Shown piece by piece: positions 1-11,736 of a stretch of 37,678 nucleotides of DNA. The notes beneath the pieces are model-generated. The model had not been told where the DNA came from. It saw only the letters and a list, made by a program, of their open reading frames with translations, and did no database searches. Source of the DNA: Neolecta irregularis DAH-3 (lineage: Eukaryota); NCBI GenBank assembly GCA_001929475.1, contig LXFE01000207.1, positions 1-37,678 on the forward strand. The letters run 5' to 3'. Position 1 is the first letter of the stretch, and the number at the start of each line of letters is the position of its first letter. The position numbers and the translations under genes are program-made.

Positions 1-1
1 C

Positions 2-3000
2 CTCCAGAAACCCCTCGCCGCCTGCTCCGCCGGCCTCCAACACTCTCTGCGGCTGCTCTCGGACGACAGCCCTGCGCCCCTCCACGCCGCAAGAGCCATC
101 GGCTACGCACACGCCTACGCAGTCATCCTCGCAATGGCCCGCCACAACCCCCTCCTCTCCTCCCCACGACTCTTGAACGACACAATGGCCTTTTGCCAAG
201 ACCTTTGGCGCAAGCACGACCACACCCACTCCTGCGTCGCCTGGACTCTGCTCGCCGCTCTCCTCTGCAACGGCCCCTCCTTTTCAAGACCACTCCTGCC
301 CCTGCTGCTCCGGCTCTGGAACGCTGTCTCCTCAGACCCCTCCCTCTTTCTTCGCGAAGCTGCTCTCTCGTCCCTGTTCACCTTTCTCGCCCACAACTCT
401 TCCCTGCTCACCCAAGACGTCGCCAGACGCATCCTCTCCATCCTCTCCTCCTGCAAACGCCTCCCAAAAGATTCCCCCCCGCAACTCCGCGCAATGACCC
501 ACAGGCGTCTCCTTCAATGCCATGCAATAATCGCCTCCGTTTCAGCTACCCCCATCAGCCAAACAGACATCCTGATGGACGCCGTACATGTCTTTGCCGG
601 CCACAAAAGCACCCTTGCCATGGCCGCCGCTGCAAACACTTTCGACTCCATCTGGACAACTAAAGATCCGTCCCTTGGTCTCACCAGCACCGTTTCCAAT
701 TACACAGTCAAAACGTCAGACAGAGATATCGTTGCCCGCCACTGGCTGTCGCAGCAATTCGACGAGAATTTCCCAGAGCTGCTGCTCTACACCCCCATCC
801 TGCAAGCACCAGAATACGATTTCGCTTCCGTTTTAAATATGCTGCCCGACGGTTCGACACTGCACCCCCTCGTTCCTCCAGAAACAGCAAGCATAGACGC
901 TGCAATCGACATCTTTGTCCAATTATTCCCTCGAGAAACAGACAAGATCCAACAAGGCGTTCTAGAACAACTGGCTAGCTACATCGCGTCCCCGCATCTC
1001 GATAAAGATCCTTGTAGAAAAGTAGCGGTTTTGCTTAATATTTCAGTGGCTCTTGTCAGAGCATTCAAACAAAAGCTAAAATCGTCAAAAACATCAAAAT
1101 CTACCCGCACCTTTGAATTCGCCCTCGATCTTCTTCACGTACCTTTGTGCATTCTATCTGCTAATAATAGGTCGGATTAATGCATTCTGATGCTATTTTA
1201 CGGTTTGTGTCCGCAGAGGCTTTGGGAGCTCTTTGTAGCATGGGAGACTCGGCACTCGTCTCGTCAGAAATCCAACATCTAACCCAACAAATCGTCGACA
1301 ATCAGTCTCCTGAAGCACGCGCGGGTTGTGCGCTTGCCCTTGGATACATTCACCAATCCGCAGGCTCAATGACGGCCGGCCTCCACCTTCAAAAGATCTT
1401 TGGCGTTTTATTTTCACTCTGTAGGGATCCGCATCCCATCGTGCATTTTTGGGCTTTTGAAGGTTTGAGTTTGACCGTTGAATCTGCTGGAATTTCATTC
1501 AATTCCTATCTGATGAGCACACTCGCTCTCATTTCAAGTGTTTACACCTCAAATACGCATGACCCCGAAACAGCCGAAATCGCAATGTCAAATATAGGCT
1601 ATACGATGCCCCTTGTTCGATCTCTTGTTCGATGTCTAAATATCACAGTGGGAGTCCTGGGACCTGATCTTTTGGAAAATAGCAAAGCCAGAAAAATCAT
1701 CCAGACTCTTATTTTCCAGCTCGAACAAGTCGAGGATCCTGGTATCCGCGTCGAAATCGTCAAAACAAAAGAATTAGTTTCGTTATTTGTTCCTGGAGCG
1801 ATAAACATTGCCGAGTATATCTCGTTTTTAAAAGAGGGCGTGGACAATGGATCTGCGCGAGTCCAATTTGCCTCTCTCAAAGCGCTGCAACAACTGGTTA
1901 ACCGCTGCGCCCACGATGTATTTGGTCCGTCTCCATCAAATTGGCACCTCTGGGATATCCTCGATAAAACAACTCATAAAATTCAAGTACAAGAGATATT
2001 CAACAGTTGGATCCACCAAACAGCTCATCTTGAACCAGTCGCTTGGATCCGCCAGTGTCAAACAGTATTATCTAATTCAAACACGGACGAAGCGAAATCT
2101 TTAAAGGAATTAGCTGATCCTACCCTGGATGAAGAAACTGCTACTTTTGCAATTGATACGGACCCAGGGAAAACGACTGCGTATACTTGGCAAACCCAGG
2201 TTTTCGCCTTGGAATGTATACATTCTGTGCTCCAGTTGGTATCTCAACAAAGACCCGATTTAATGCAACTGGACCCTGGCAACGAACCCCAAAACCTGGT
2301 GACTCGCGTAGGTGAACTAGTTCGTATCGCATTTAATTCCTCGACAGCAGTTGTGCCCGGTCTTCGTTTAGCAGGCGTTGTCCTCCTTCAAGATATAATC
2401 AGGGTACCACATCCCTCTCCAACTATTTTCAACTTTAGAATTTTAAAAATGTGCAGGATCCAGATTTTGAGGATTTGGCTTTATTGGAACAGTATCAAGC
2501 GCAAATTGGATCTGCTTTGACACCTGCTTTTTCCGCTGATTCAACGGCCGATGTCGCTGCTCGAGCCATCGATGTTTGTGCAGACTTTATCGCTAGTGGA
2601 GTGGTCAAGGATGTTTGTAAAATGGGCCGAATACTAAAATTTCTGGTATCAGCTCTTGAAAATTGTAAAGGTTTGTTTTTTCAAATAGCTTGTTTTACTA
2701 ATTTTAGCGGAAACCCTTGTTATCGGGGAAATGAGGAACCTTGGTGAAACTGCAGAGACTATGCTTAGACTCGCCGTGGTATCTGCATGGGCAGAATTGC
2801 AGATTGCCAGTTGTACTCAACGTCACTTGCTAGATGTCGTCCGACCACATCTCTCAGACTTGTCCTTGTTATGGCTTCAGTCGTTGGCAGACTACGCTAA
2901 TCTCCGCTTTGGTCCACATTCGCCTGAATCGTCATCACAGCCAAACATCTCACTGGGAAATGAAGCCTTGTTACACGTTTATGACAAATCTTGGCATGTT

Positions 3001-4637
3001 TTGGTCGATGCGATTGCTTCTCTAGTTGACCGTGCGCCAGATATCGCCGCTAGAGCATTTGGAACTTGGGGCTCGAAATACATACAGACGGAAAATACGT
3101 CACCCCGCCCTGGAAAGATTTTTTATATCCTATTTGGTTTATGCCACGAGACCTTGTTAACCGCAACAAACCGTGTCGCCTCATCCGACGATTCTGTCCT
3201 TCGTATATTACATGTCTATGAGAAAGTCTTGCGGCCTTCTATATGCGGCTTTGAAATTTACCAAGATGAGATATTCTCGGAAACAATGGATTTGTTATAT
3301 CGACTTGTCTCTACTCAACGACTCGATTTCCAAAAAGTAGTGTTGAAAATTGCGAGGAATTTGGTTGTGGAACATCCTTCTTCCCATCCTATTCGGTCAA
3401 GACGAAAGTCAGAGGTCGACGTGGACCCTCGTTTAGATTTCTCACAAGATGTCGACCAAATATTTGAATTGGCGCGATTGACTAATATCGTTGTTTGCGC
3501 GAATTTTGATATCACGGAACGAACTAGTCACGGTGAATTCTCACCTCGTCGTTTAGCTTACAATGCAGTGATCGAGGCGCCGACGGCCTCGCTTAAATCT
3601 ATGGGATATCAAGGCTTGGATTCACTTGTCGAGATAATTGAAGTTTTCCCATCTGTTATAAAGGTGGATTTATACAATACGGTGCTCTATGTGTTTGCGT
3701 GTATGCACTTTTATACTGCAGTCTGATTATTCCAGGTCTTTTGGAACGCTCAGATATGGATGCGCCTATCCTTTCCAGTTTGACGGTCGTTTGCAGACAT
3801 ATAGTCACGACATCTATTGTTGATCCGGCTACCCGACAACCTCTCGAATTACTCACGCGAACTTTTCTTGCACAGATTATTCCATATTTTCAACGTTATC
3901 GGTACGTAAACTGGATATATCTCTTACTGTAGATATAATCCGACTAGTGCCAGTATTCACGCAGCTCATAATGCGCTGATGGTTTCGGTGATTGTGTTGA
4001 CTACTATTGGAGATAAATTGCTTCCATCTAGCGATTCGTCTATTGCCGATTTTATCGATGCTATTTCGCAAGGATACACTTCGAGTGAGGTTGTACATCA
4101 CTCGAAGCATTGCTAATTTATCTAGTTTTGGAAAGTGTCTTTGCAGTGTACACGGACTATCCTTCGATCAGCGTCTAGCAACCCAATCGCCTCGGAAATA
4201 TTCAATAGACTGCTCCCTTATCTGCTTGCCACCGTTTCACTCTACCCATTGAGCCATCCAACTGAAGGGTTTATCGAACTAGTCGGTCTCATCTTTGAAG
4301 ATCTCAACATTTCTTTCGAAAAAGGTAAAATTGATTTGTATGTTGTTGACAGCTAGTTCCTTTTGCTTTTGCCGTCATCTTACCCGCGCTCACTGCATGC
4401 GCAAGTAAGCCAAGAACATCTACCAAAGACAAATCAACCGTTTCAGCTATCCTTGTCACGCTAGCCACGTCAAATCCAAACGCCTTTAAAATTACTCTCT
4501 CAAGCCTTGAACCTTTTCAACAATCACAAATGGAGGAACTGGTAAGGACAAAATCGGGTAGAAAACGTTCAAGTGCTGGAATAATGGAAAATGCAACACC
4601 CACAATATCCTTGAAAACCAATTTCGACTTTGAATAG
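2..4637 (+). CDS. LAA1: HEAT repeat-containing protein 5 (HEATR5/Laa1/Sip1, AP-1 accessory protein), 5'-truncated, 8 predicted introns
   Basis: Frame is open from base 2. Motifs: SPEARAGCALALGYIH, DPHPIVHFWA, LVTRVGELVRIAF, DPDFEDLALLEQYQAQIGSALTPAF, C-terminal PTISLKTNF. Predicted introns 1139-1170, 2404-2438, 2671-2707, 3533-3568, 3701-3735, 3902-3932, 4090-4125 and 4325-4356 join the ORF fragments in frame. Stop TAG at 4635-4637. Confidence 0.9.
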
Positions 4638-4715
4638 AGTTACTCCTGGCGCTATGGTTTAATATCATATTTATGTATCTTGTTTGTACCTCGTGACGCT
4701 GACATCACCCTCCTG

Positions 4716-5111
4716 ATGAAGGCGAGACATCATGAACACGAAGACCAGGCATACGACGCTGTAACGCTTGAAACCAGAATCTAGTTGACCGTCAAGGCCA
4801 AAATGGGAGCTTTGCACGGCGGTGTTCGCTGGTACAATATATTTTCGCAATGTCTTAATTCGAGGTTTTTGTATTCTTGGCGATTATTGGCACAGCACAT
4901 TATACTTGGCCATTTTAGACACTTCCATTTAAAGGTGATTGAATACTCGAGACCGCTGATGCTAAGCCTTTCTGTCGTCCTCGATGGCAATCGGTGGGAT
5001 GGTTATTTACGCGGAGACATGTAAATCCACAGACTCGAATTTGTAGATATGCATGATTATGAAATGCAACGGCGTCTGAAACGAGAGCAAGACTGGGAGC
5101 CGAAATATTAA
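4716..5111 (+). pseudogene. Small spliced mitochondrial inner-membrane protein gene (Rcf3/HIG1-like), disrupted by a frameshift and an in-frame stop
   Basis: Exons 4716-4760, 4797-4831, 4865-4934, 4967-5020 and 5047-5111 give MKARHHEHEDQAYDAAKMGALHGGVRWFLYS / LAIIGTAHYTWPF*TLPFKAFLSSSMAIGGMVIYAETYMHDYEMQRRLKREQDWEPKY. A frame change is needed near 4876-4878 and TAG lies at 4916-4918. Family call is from recalled similarity (WP..R.QTLPFKAFL, two TM helices), not a search. Confidence 0.6.
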
Positions 5112-5167
5112 TTACATCTTGTTCCGTATGTTATTTACCAGTACCCTGTCCAATATACTCCCCAAAC

Positions 5168-6266
5168 CTAATCACCATGCCTGGAACAGCAAGTTTCCTC
5201 ATCACTCTCATCTGGTCGTAAGCGTTTGTATAACCTACGAGGAGGTTTTGTGCGGAAACAAGTAAACCATATAGCATAAAAGATAGCCATTGCTGTTAAA
5301 GTACCAGCTAGAAAAAGTAACAGCCAGTGCTGGCCAGCCTATGTTGTCATTCATGCATACAGACGACTCTGCACACCCAAAACACTAGTACCGCATCGCC
5401 TTCATGCCAGGATGATCCATTGTGGTTTTTAAAGTAGTCATATATATTAGGAGAAAAGTTCCTGGGCATCAGTTAAAAACAGGCAAACGCGTACTCTCCA
5501 GACATTATCAATCGAAGTCTGTTGCCCTCCGCTGCAATGCCAAATCGTATATAGTCTACCCATATCACACTCAAAAAAAGCGGCCCCGTAGACAACATGA
5601 CAGTGAGATACTGAATTGGCCAGTTGCGAGCATAATGCTTCAAACTCTTGATGACCTTGAGGAAGAATGGATGTCCCGGCATGGAGCCCATCACGTCATT
5701 GGAGATGCCGCTTGGATTTGTTCTGCGCGCCCAGGCACCGAATCTCAGCAACGAGTCAAACTGCTGTGTACATTCCTAAAGCTGAGCTTGATACATGGGG
5801 GTATAGATACCACGTCCAAGTCGACATATACCCCACCTTCATGAGCCAGCACTAGATACCGGATAACATCTGCCCGCTGTATCGGGTATGGATACCAGTC
5901 AAAGGTCTCCAGGAACCAGGGATAGTTTTGTGCTACAAAATCTCGCGACTTGGCGTCGGACCAGAGCTAACGAAAATGAGAAACTACTACTGGACAAACG
6001 ACCTTGAATTCATACGAGGGGTGCAGATCCTTACAGGACTGGTAAGATGTTTTCCATTGGGCGGGTATCTCATTGTCTTTCCAAGTGTGGTGTATTATTT
6101 TCGGAATGAGGCTAGTCGCGTTAGAAGGAGCAACAAGGTCGTGCTGGAGGATAGCGTCCGCGGAGCCGTCATCAAAGAGAAGGGAAAGCGGATTGAAGCA
6201 CAGATAGACCAAAAGAGCAATGACGACTAGGTTCACAGCCATAAAGACGACTAAATGTCTCCGCAT
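5168..6266 (-). CDS. SUR1: Mannosylinositol phosphorylceramide (MIPC) synthase catalytic subunit, glycosyltransferase family 32 (Sur1/Csh1/Imt-like), 4 introns
   Basis: N-terminal TM anchor, then IPKIIHHTWK, YPIQRADVIRY, GGVYVDLD (DxD), RRTNPSGISNDVMGSMPGHPFF, LTVMLSTGPLFLS, GSSWHEGDA and a C-terminal TM. ATG at 6266, TAG at 5168-5170. Confidence 0.9.
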
Positions 6267-6433
6267 GGCGCTGTGAGCGGAAAATGGGGGGCGGAAACTG
6301 CTTATGTGATGCAAAAATAGTGGTAGTACGTACGGGGTTGCTCCATTATCCTTTGCTCCCTCCCTTTCCTCGAGTCCAAAAGACAATTACAAGGTCGATA
6401 CTTTCATATCTATGCTACGTTGCAAGACATGCG

Positions 6434-6958
6434 TTACGAGTACCCCTTTTCCTTCAGGCCGCCAATCGACTCGATGTCCACGGTGTCAAACTGCCCGTAC
6501 GCAGGAGGACTGGAAGATTGAATTGGCGCAACAAAAGCGGCTCCACTCTCGCCCACCTGAACCACGACCACGCGGCCAGGAGTATACCGTCTTTCATCCG
6601 CGTCTTCTTCATCCGGGAATGTGATCTGGATCTCTGGAACGAGCAGCCCCTGTTGCATCGAAGATCGGGCGTGAATAAAGGAAAAGATTGAATGGCGTTC
6701 CGTCACCGGCAGCAAAGAGCGTTGCCGGGCTTGCTGACGCTTCTTGACAATCTTGAGTGCGACCAGATATGTCAAGCAGAAGAAAATTAAAATGAGGACA
6801 GTAATGATTGAACCGAATACGACTGGACCAGATCCAGTATTGTTGCTCATACTTGAAAAAATGTTGGCGACTCCGCTTCGGTTAGATAATTGGTTCGTAT
6901 TCATCGAGGCTGAACGAATGAATGACAGATGAAGGAGGAACCTCTGCAGGAGAACCAT
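6434..6958 (-). CDS. Conserved fungal hypothetical single-pass membrane protein with a PY (PPAY) motif
   Basis: Hydrophobic segment VVFGSIITVLILIFFCLTYLVAL followed by basic KIVKKRQQAR. Motifs VPEIQITFPDEED, GRVVVVQVGE, PPAY and IGGLKEK resemble a recalled uncharacterised ascomycete family. The first in-frame ATG (6958) follows a candidate acceptor at 6962. Confidence 0.7.
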   Translation of the reverse strand: MVLLQRFLLHLSFIRSASMNTNQLSNRSGVANIFSSMSNNTGSGPVVFGSIITVLILIFFCLTYLVALKIVKKRQQARQRSLLPVTERHSIFSFIHARSSMQQGLLVPEIQITFPDEEDADERRYTPGRVVVVQVGESGAAFVAPIQSSSPPAYGQFDTVDIESIGGLKEKGYS

Positions 6959-8252
6959 CAACTGAGAGGACCGGTGTCTTATTTTGAATACAAACGTAGA
7001 CAACAGCTCCTTATTTTGCTCACCGAAAGCTAACTATTTTGGGAAATTCTTGTTCGAGCAAATTTGTAGTCCCTGAAGGATTAGCTGGAGATTCGCTTCC
7101 GAATGGAAGTTCCGGAGATCGGTTCGAAAGAGCAGAGATTGAACGTTGTGGAACAGAACACAAGACGTAGCAAGGATTCAGATATCATACAACCTCTGAG
7201 CGAGAGCATCTGCTCGCCCGCCTTTCATGGTGTTCTAGCTATTCAGGATATTGCAGGTTCTTTCACTGAACCAATGGGTTACACTATATCCTGCCAGGCC
7301 TGATCTGACAGCTGGAAGAAGGAGGATTTCGGGTTGAATAGAATGGATACACTTCCCTGATGTGAAAGTTAAGATCTGAACTGTACGTATTAATAGCCTC
7401 AAACATGCTACAGCGACAATGCGTGCACCCTTATTTCTTGGGCCACTAAAGTTCATTCTGAGAAACTAACGTTTCTTGTACTTGGATACTCACATCTACG
7501 CGACATCTCGGTTTGCTCTTGAGTATTTGCATTAATCGTCAGCGCCGATCATTATATCCTCGTCTTTTGCGTCCGACGTTAGGCGAAGTAAGATGTGCCA
7601 GAATCTCATCAAGTGTGTTAAAATCACATTTGGTAAGCAGTTGGATCTATTTACGTGGTTGTGTCTTCTGCAGCCTGAAGCCAATACATATCAGTGAACG
7701 CAATTAGGAGGCTGTAAAATAGAACCGTGGTCTTCTATAGAAATGACAAGCGGGCAGGCCCGGAGATCACAGGAGCACATCCCAACGTGTCAGACCTAGT
7801 GAAGCGTGTAGGCTTAGAAGTCGAACTGAAACCTCCCCGTTCCAACCCATATAACGTCTTGTAGTATAGTCCCCGCATCCTCTCCTGAACCCGTGTCAGC
7901 AGAATCGAGATAGCGTTGTGTTGTGAGCACAGAGTTCGAGACCGTGCTAGGCTGGCAGCAGCTTCTTCAATCGCCAGAAAAATAGGCGGCTTTCACGTTG
8001 TTGAAACTTCCCAGTAAATTCATTTCACGCTCCAGCTCAGCTACTCCTGCCGCCATCCCCTTTCTCAGAATTTGTATAAGTATGCCTACATCCCCGGCTG
8101 GTTGGCTCTGTGTCTAATTCTTCATAGACTGCCCTCTTCCCCGGTACTTACGCCTGCCTAATCGCCCTCTGTCGATAAACCTATAATTCTGCCACACATA
8201 CACAACTCCAATCAATTGATTTGATCGTACATTCAGGGATCGATTCAAGCAA

Positions 8253-11200
8253 ATGTCTCTCCCAAACGCAGCTTCTTTAAAGGCCCAGCCCCTTAGTCAG
8301 GTATGTCGTATTTTTCCCTTGAGTATCTCCCTGTCGGTGACGTGGGAAGCACGTATACCGTTTTAGGCCTGTATATTTCCCCCTGGATCCATCAACTCCT
8401 TTACAATTGCTGACTGGACTAGCCCTCCGGATTCGCGGACAGCTTTAGTAATCGATCTACCGCTGGCAACAATTCTCAGCTTGAAGAACGAAACTCGCAG
8501 CCTTGGGCTACTGTTCCGCAAGGTCCTCAGAAATCATCTTCTCCATGGGCAATTAATAGCGTTCGAGCGCCAATTGGAAGTCGAGACGGTCAATCAAAGA
8601 ATGGTATTGTTAGAGAGTACTTCACTTACTAAATCTTCCCCTCAGATACCATAAACGTCCTCAGTGGATTTCCTGAAGACCAAAACCGTGCTCGAAATCG
8701 AAACTCGGCTGATTTCGAAAGTTGGAGTCGAGGGTTGCCACAGGGCACTTGGGGAAATGACACAGGAGTTGGTATGGAAGATAATTCAAGGTCCCTCGCA
8801 GCCTCCGCCAAACGACGTAGTGCTATCGAGCTTGGAAATCACAATGTATCTGGGCTTGTCGGGTTTCCCTAATCATGATAGTCACCTGAATTCCCCCGGG
8901 CTTCATCACCATTGAACCCGCTAGCTCGTTCACGCCAGCCAAGCGGAGCACAGGCTTCTGGTTTAATACATTCTGCTCAAGATTCTTATAACACCGGTGT
9001 CTCGGCATACAGTGATCTTGATGACCGGCATCGCGGTCGAAGCCTTGACATTGAAGAGGTTCATCCTCTACCCAAAATCCACCATCGCTTTACTACAGCA
9101 CCGAATCCAGATGATGAGGATCGTCATCTTAGTTCGGTCCTCCATAGTGCTTTAGAAGATGAAGACTCGCAGTCTATTCGACAAAGAGCTTTTCCAGGTG
9201 TTGCGCAAACCACTGGTAGTAGCTTGGCTCCTACTCGAGCAACTTCTCGCTATGAAGTGGTGCAAGCTCCCCCACGAGCAAGTTCCACACCTCCAGTTCA
9301 TCCATCTCTCCAGAATTTTGTTCATCCATCTGGACGAGCCTCACCTCTTGCTTTTAATCGAAGTTCTCGTGGGGATGAGGCAGATATGCTGGCGGGACTA
9401 CAACAAATGAGCATGAACTCGGTACGTGGATTTTCCCCAAATCTCATGCCGACTTTCCAGGATGACCATGAAGCCTATGGTATCGACAGGCGAGGCCTGG
9501 CCGGTGGTTATGGTCACAGTGTAACTAGTCCCTATGCATCGGGGGCTGGGTATTACCCAGATTATGGCTTTCAACGAGCGATTCTTCCAGAACCGGAAGA
9601 TTCGGCTTATTCTCGGGGATATTATGCAGGCGATGCACTCTATACGCCACCTCTTGATGTCCCGGGTTATGCCAGTGGGTACATGGATTACCGTCCTCGA
9701 GGATTCATCCGACCGGCTTCAGTTGATCCTATTGGAGAGCTCCACTGTGCTACTCCTTATTATGGCACTGGTAATATATCACCTCTACGACTGCAGAATG
9801 CATCTCCACTAGGTCGATCAGTTCAAGGTAGCCGTCTTTCCATCACGCAACCAATGATTTTATAGGACGACTGCCGCCTGCTACAATGCGTGATCCTTTG
9901 CTTCCACTGTCTATACATGCAAGACATGCGAGTAATTACGAACAATATGGCGCAAGTGTGCGGTCGTATTCAGATCCTTTTGGGCCGGCTCTTCACAATC
10001 CCAATTCCGCACGCCGATTTGATGAGATCAGCCAGAATCTTAGGAGCCCGCTTTTAGAGGAATTTCGCAATAACAAGAATAAAAAATACGAACTCAAAGT
10101 ATTTATCTACTCTTGCCGTTCTGATCATGTAGGATATATTTGGACATATAGTCGAATTCAGCGGGGACCAACACGGATCTCGGTTCATTCAACAAAAACT
10201 TGAGACTGCAAACAGTGATGACAAGGAGGTTGTCTTTAATGAGATTCTGCCAAATTCACTACAATTGATGACTGATGTTTTTGGCAATTATGTTATTCAA
10301 AAGTTCTATGAACATGGGAATCAGATGCAAAAAACAGTTCTCGCTCGTGAAATGGAGAACCATGTCTTGCAGTTATCTCTTCAAATGTATGGTTGCCGTG
10401 TTGTTCAAAAGGTTCCTTCAGATTATTACCAAGTTGACGAACTAGGCTCTTGAACATGTACTCGTTGATCAGCAAGCGGCTCTGGTCAAAGAGCTTGAGG
10501 GTCATGTTCTTCGTTGTGTTAAAGATCAGAACGGAAACCACGTCATCCAAAAAGCGATCGAGCGTGTCCCGGTTCACCATATTCAATATATTATCACGGC
10601 CTTTCATGGCCAAGCATATGCCCTTGCAACTCATCCTTACGGATGTCGTGTAATACAACGAATGCTAGAATTCTGCAAGGAAGCACAGGAACCTCTTCTT
10701 GAAGAGCTTCATCGATACATGCCGAGTCTCATACAAGACCAATACGGGAACTATGTGGCTCAACACGTACTCGAACAGGGTGCTCCTCACAACCGTACAC
10801 GGATTATCAATGTTGTTCGAGGTCAGGTTTTGACACTGTCGAAGCACAAGTTCGCTTCAAATGTAATTGAGAAGTGTATTTGTTATGGGAGTATTGAGGA
10901 ACGACAAGCACTAATCGACGAGGTTTCTGAGCCTACAATGGATGGGTATGGTCATTTAAGTCATATTGCGCTCATCGAGTTAGCTCTATCCCTCTCGTTG
11001 CCATGATGAAAGACCAATTCGCTAATTATGTTGTTCAGAAGATGCTTGATGTTACGGAAGGAGATCAGCGTGATGATCTTGTTCAGCGAATTCGACCACA
11101 TCTGCAACAACTCAAGAAATATACCTATGGAAAACACCTCGTTTCTAGTATGTCGTCTTTTCCCTATAAACACTTACAATGTAGTTGAACGTTTGATGTA

Positions 11201-11327
11201 TCTTTCCGGGGACAGATCCAGATCAGCTTCTCCATTGCCTTTTGACAACAGTCGCCGAGCGTCCCGAAATAATTCGCCATTGGATGATAATCGACCAGAA
11301 TATCTCCAGTACCAATATCAGCACTAA
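8253..11327 (+). CDS. PUF3: Pumilio-family (PUF) RNA-binding protein, Puf3/Pumilio-like, 8 coding introns
   Basis: Long low-complexity N-terminus, then [12 protein letters not shown] and eight PUF repeats ([72 protein letters not shown]), ending LKKYTYGKH. Introns 8301-8422, 8604-8645, 8846-8881, 9828-9865, 10099-10132, 10412-10445, 10946-10983 and 11148-11184. Confidence 0.92.
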
Positions 11328-11736
11328 CTTACGTTCGCATCCGGTGATGGATACTCTTTACCCTTTTTAAGGGCTCATTATTGAAGTTCATCATTGTTCA
11401 TTTTATATAACCTCAAGTTGACGCATGATTTCTAATGATTATATCAAAACATCTTGGAAAACGGAAAAATGTAAACAGCTTCCTCCTGTACAGCCTCAGT
11501 CGGTTTTGGTATTTTTGGAATAGGCATGGATGGTGGCTAATTGAGAACCGCATTTCTGATAGACCTTGTTACTTCATTTCTCAATTCTTTTACAATTACT
11601 AGTATATGTACACCCGCACAAACCCTATAGATAAATGGTTGAATTGCTTTACTTCCAGTGCACAATAAATATTCAATAGTCTCTAATACTCCAAAATAGG
11701 CAGTTGCTTGGCTTGATACATTTATTGAACATACTT

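Noticed and set aside
4916-4918. TAG correctable by A-to-I editing to TGG in the microgene
   Set aside because: Trp is not expected at this position, and the nearby frameshift and apparent deletion would remain.
7855-7935. GTAGTATAGT and GTTCGAG motifs reminiscent of tRNA A and B boxes
   Set aside because: I could not fold a cloverleaf with paired acceptor and T stems. tRNAscan-SE would settle it.
9863-9865. Apparent premature stops and frameshifts between consecutive ORFs (possible readthrough or RNA editing)
   Set aside because: In the intact genes each break is explained by a short intron that restores conserved motifs, e.g. 9828-9865.
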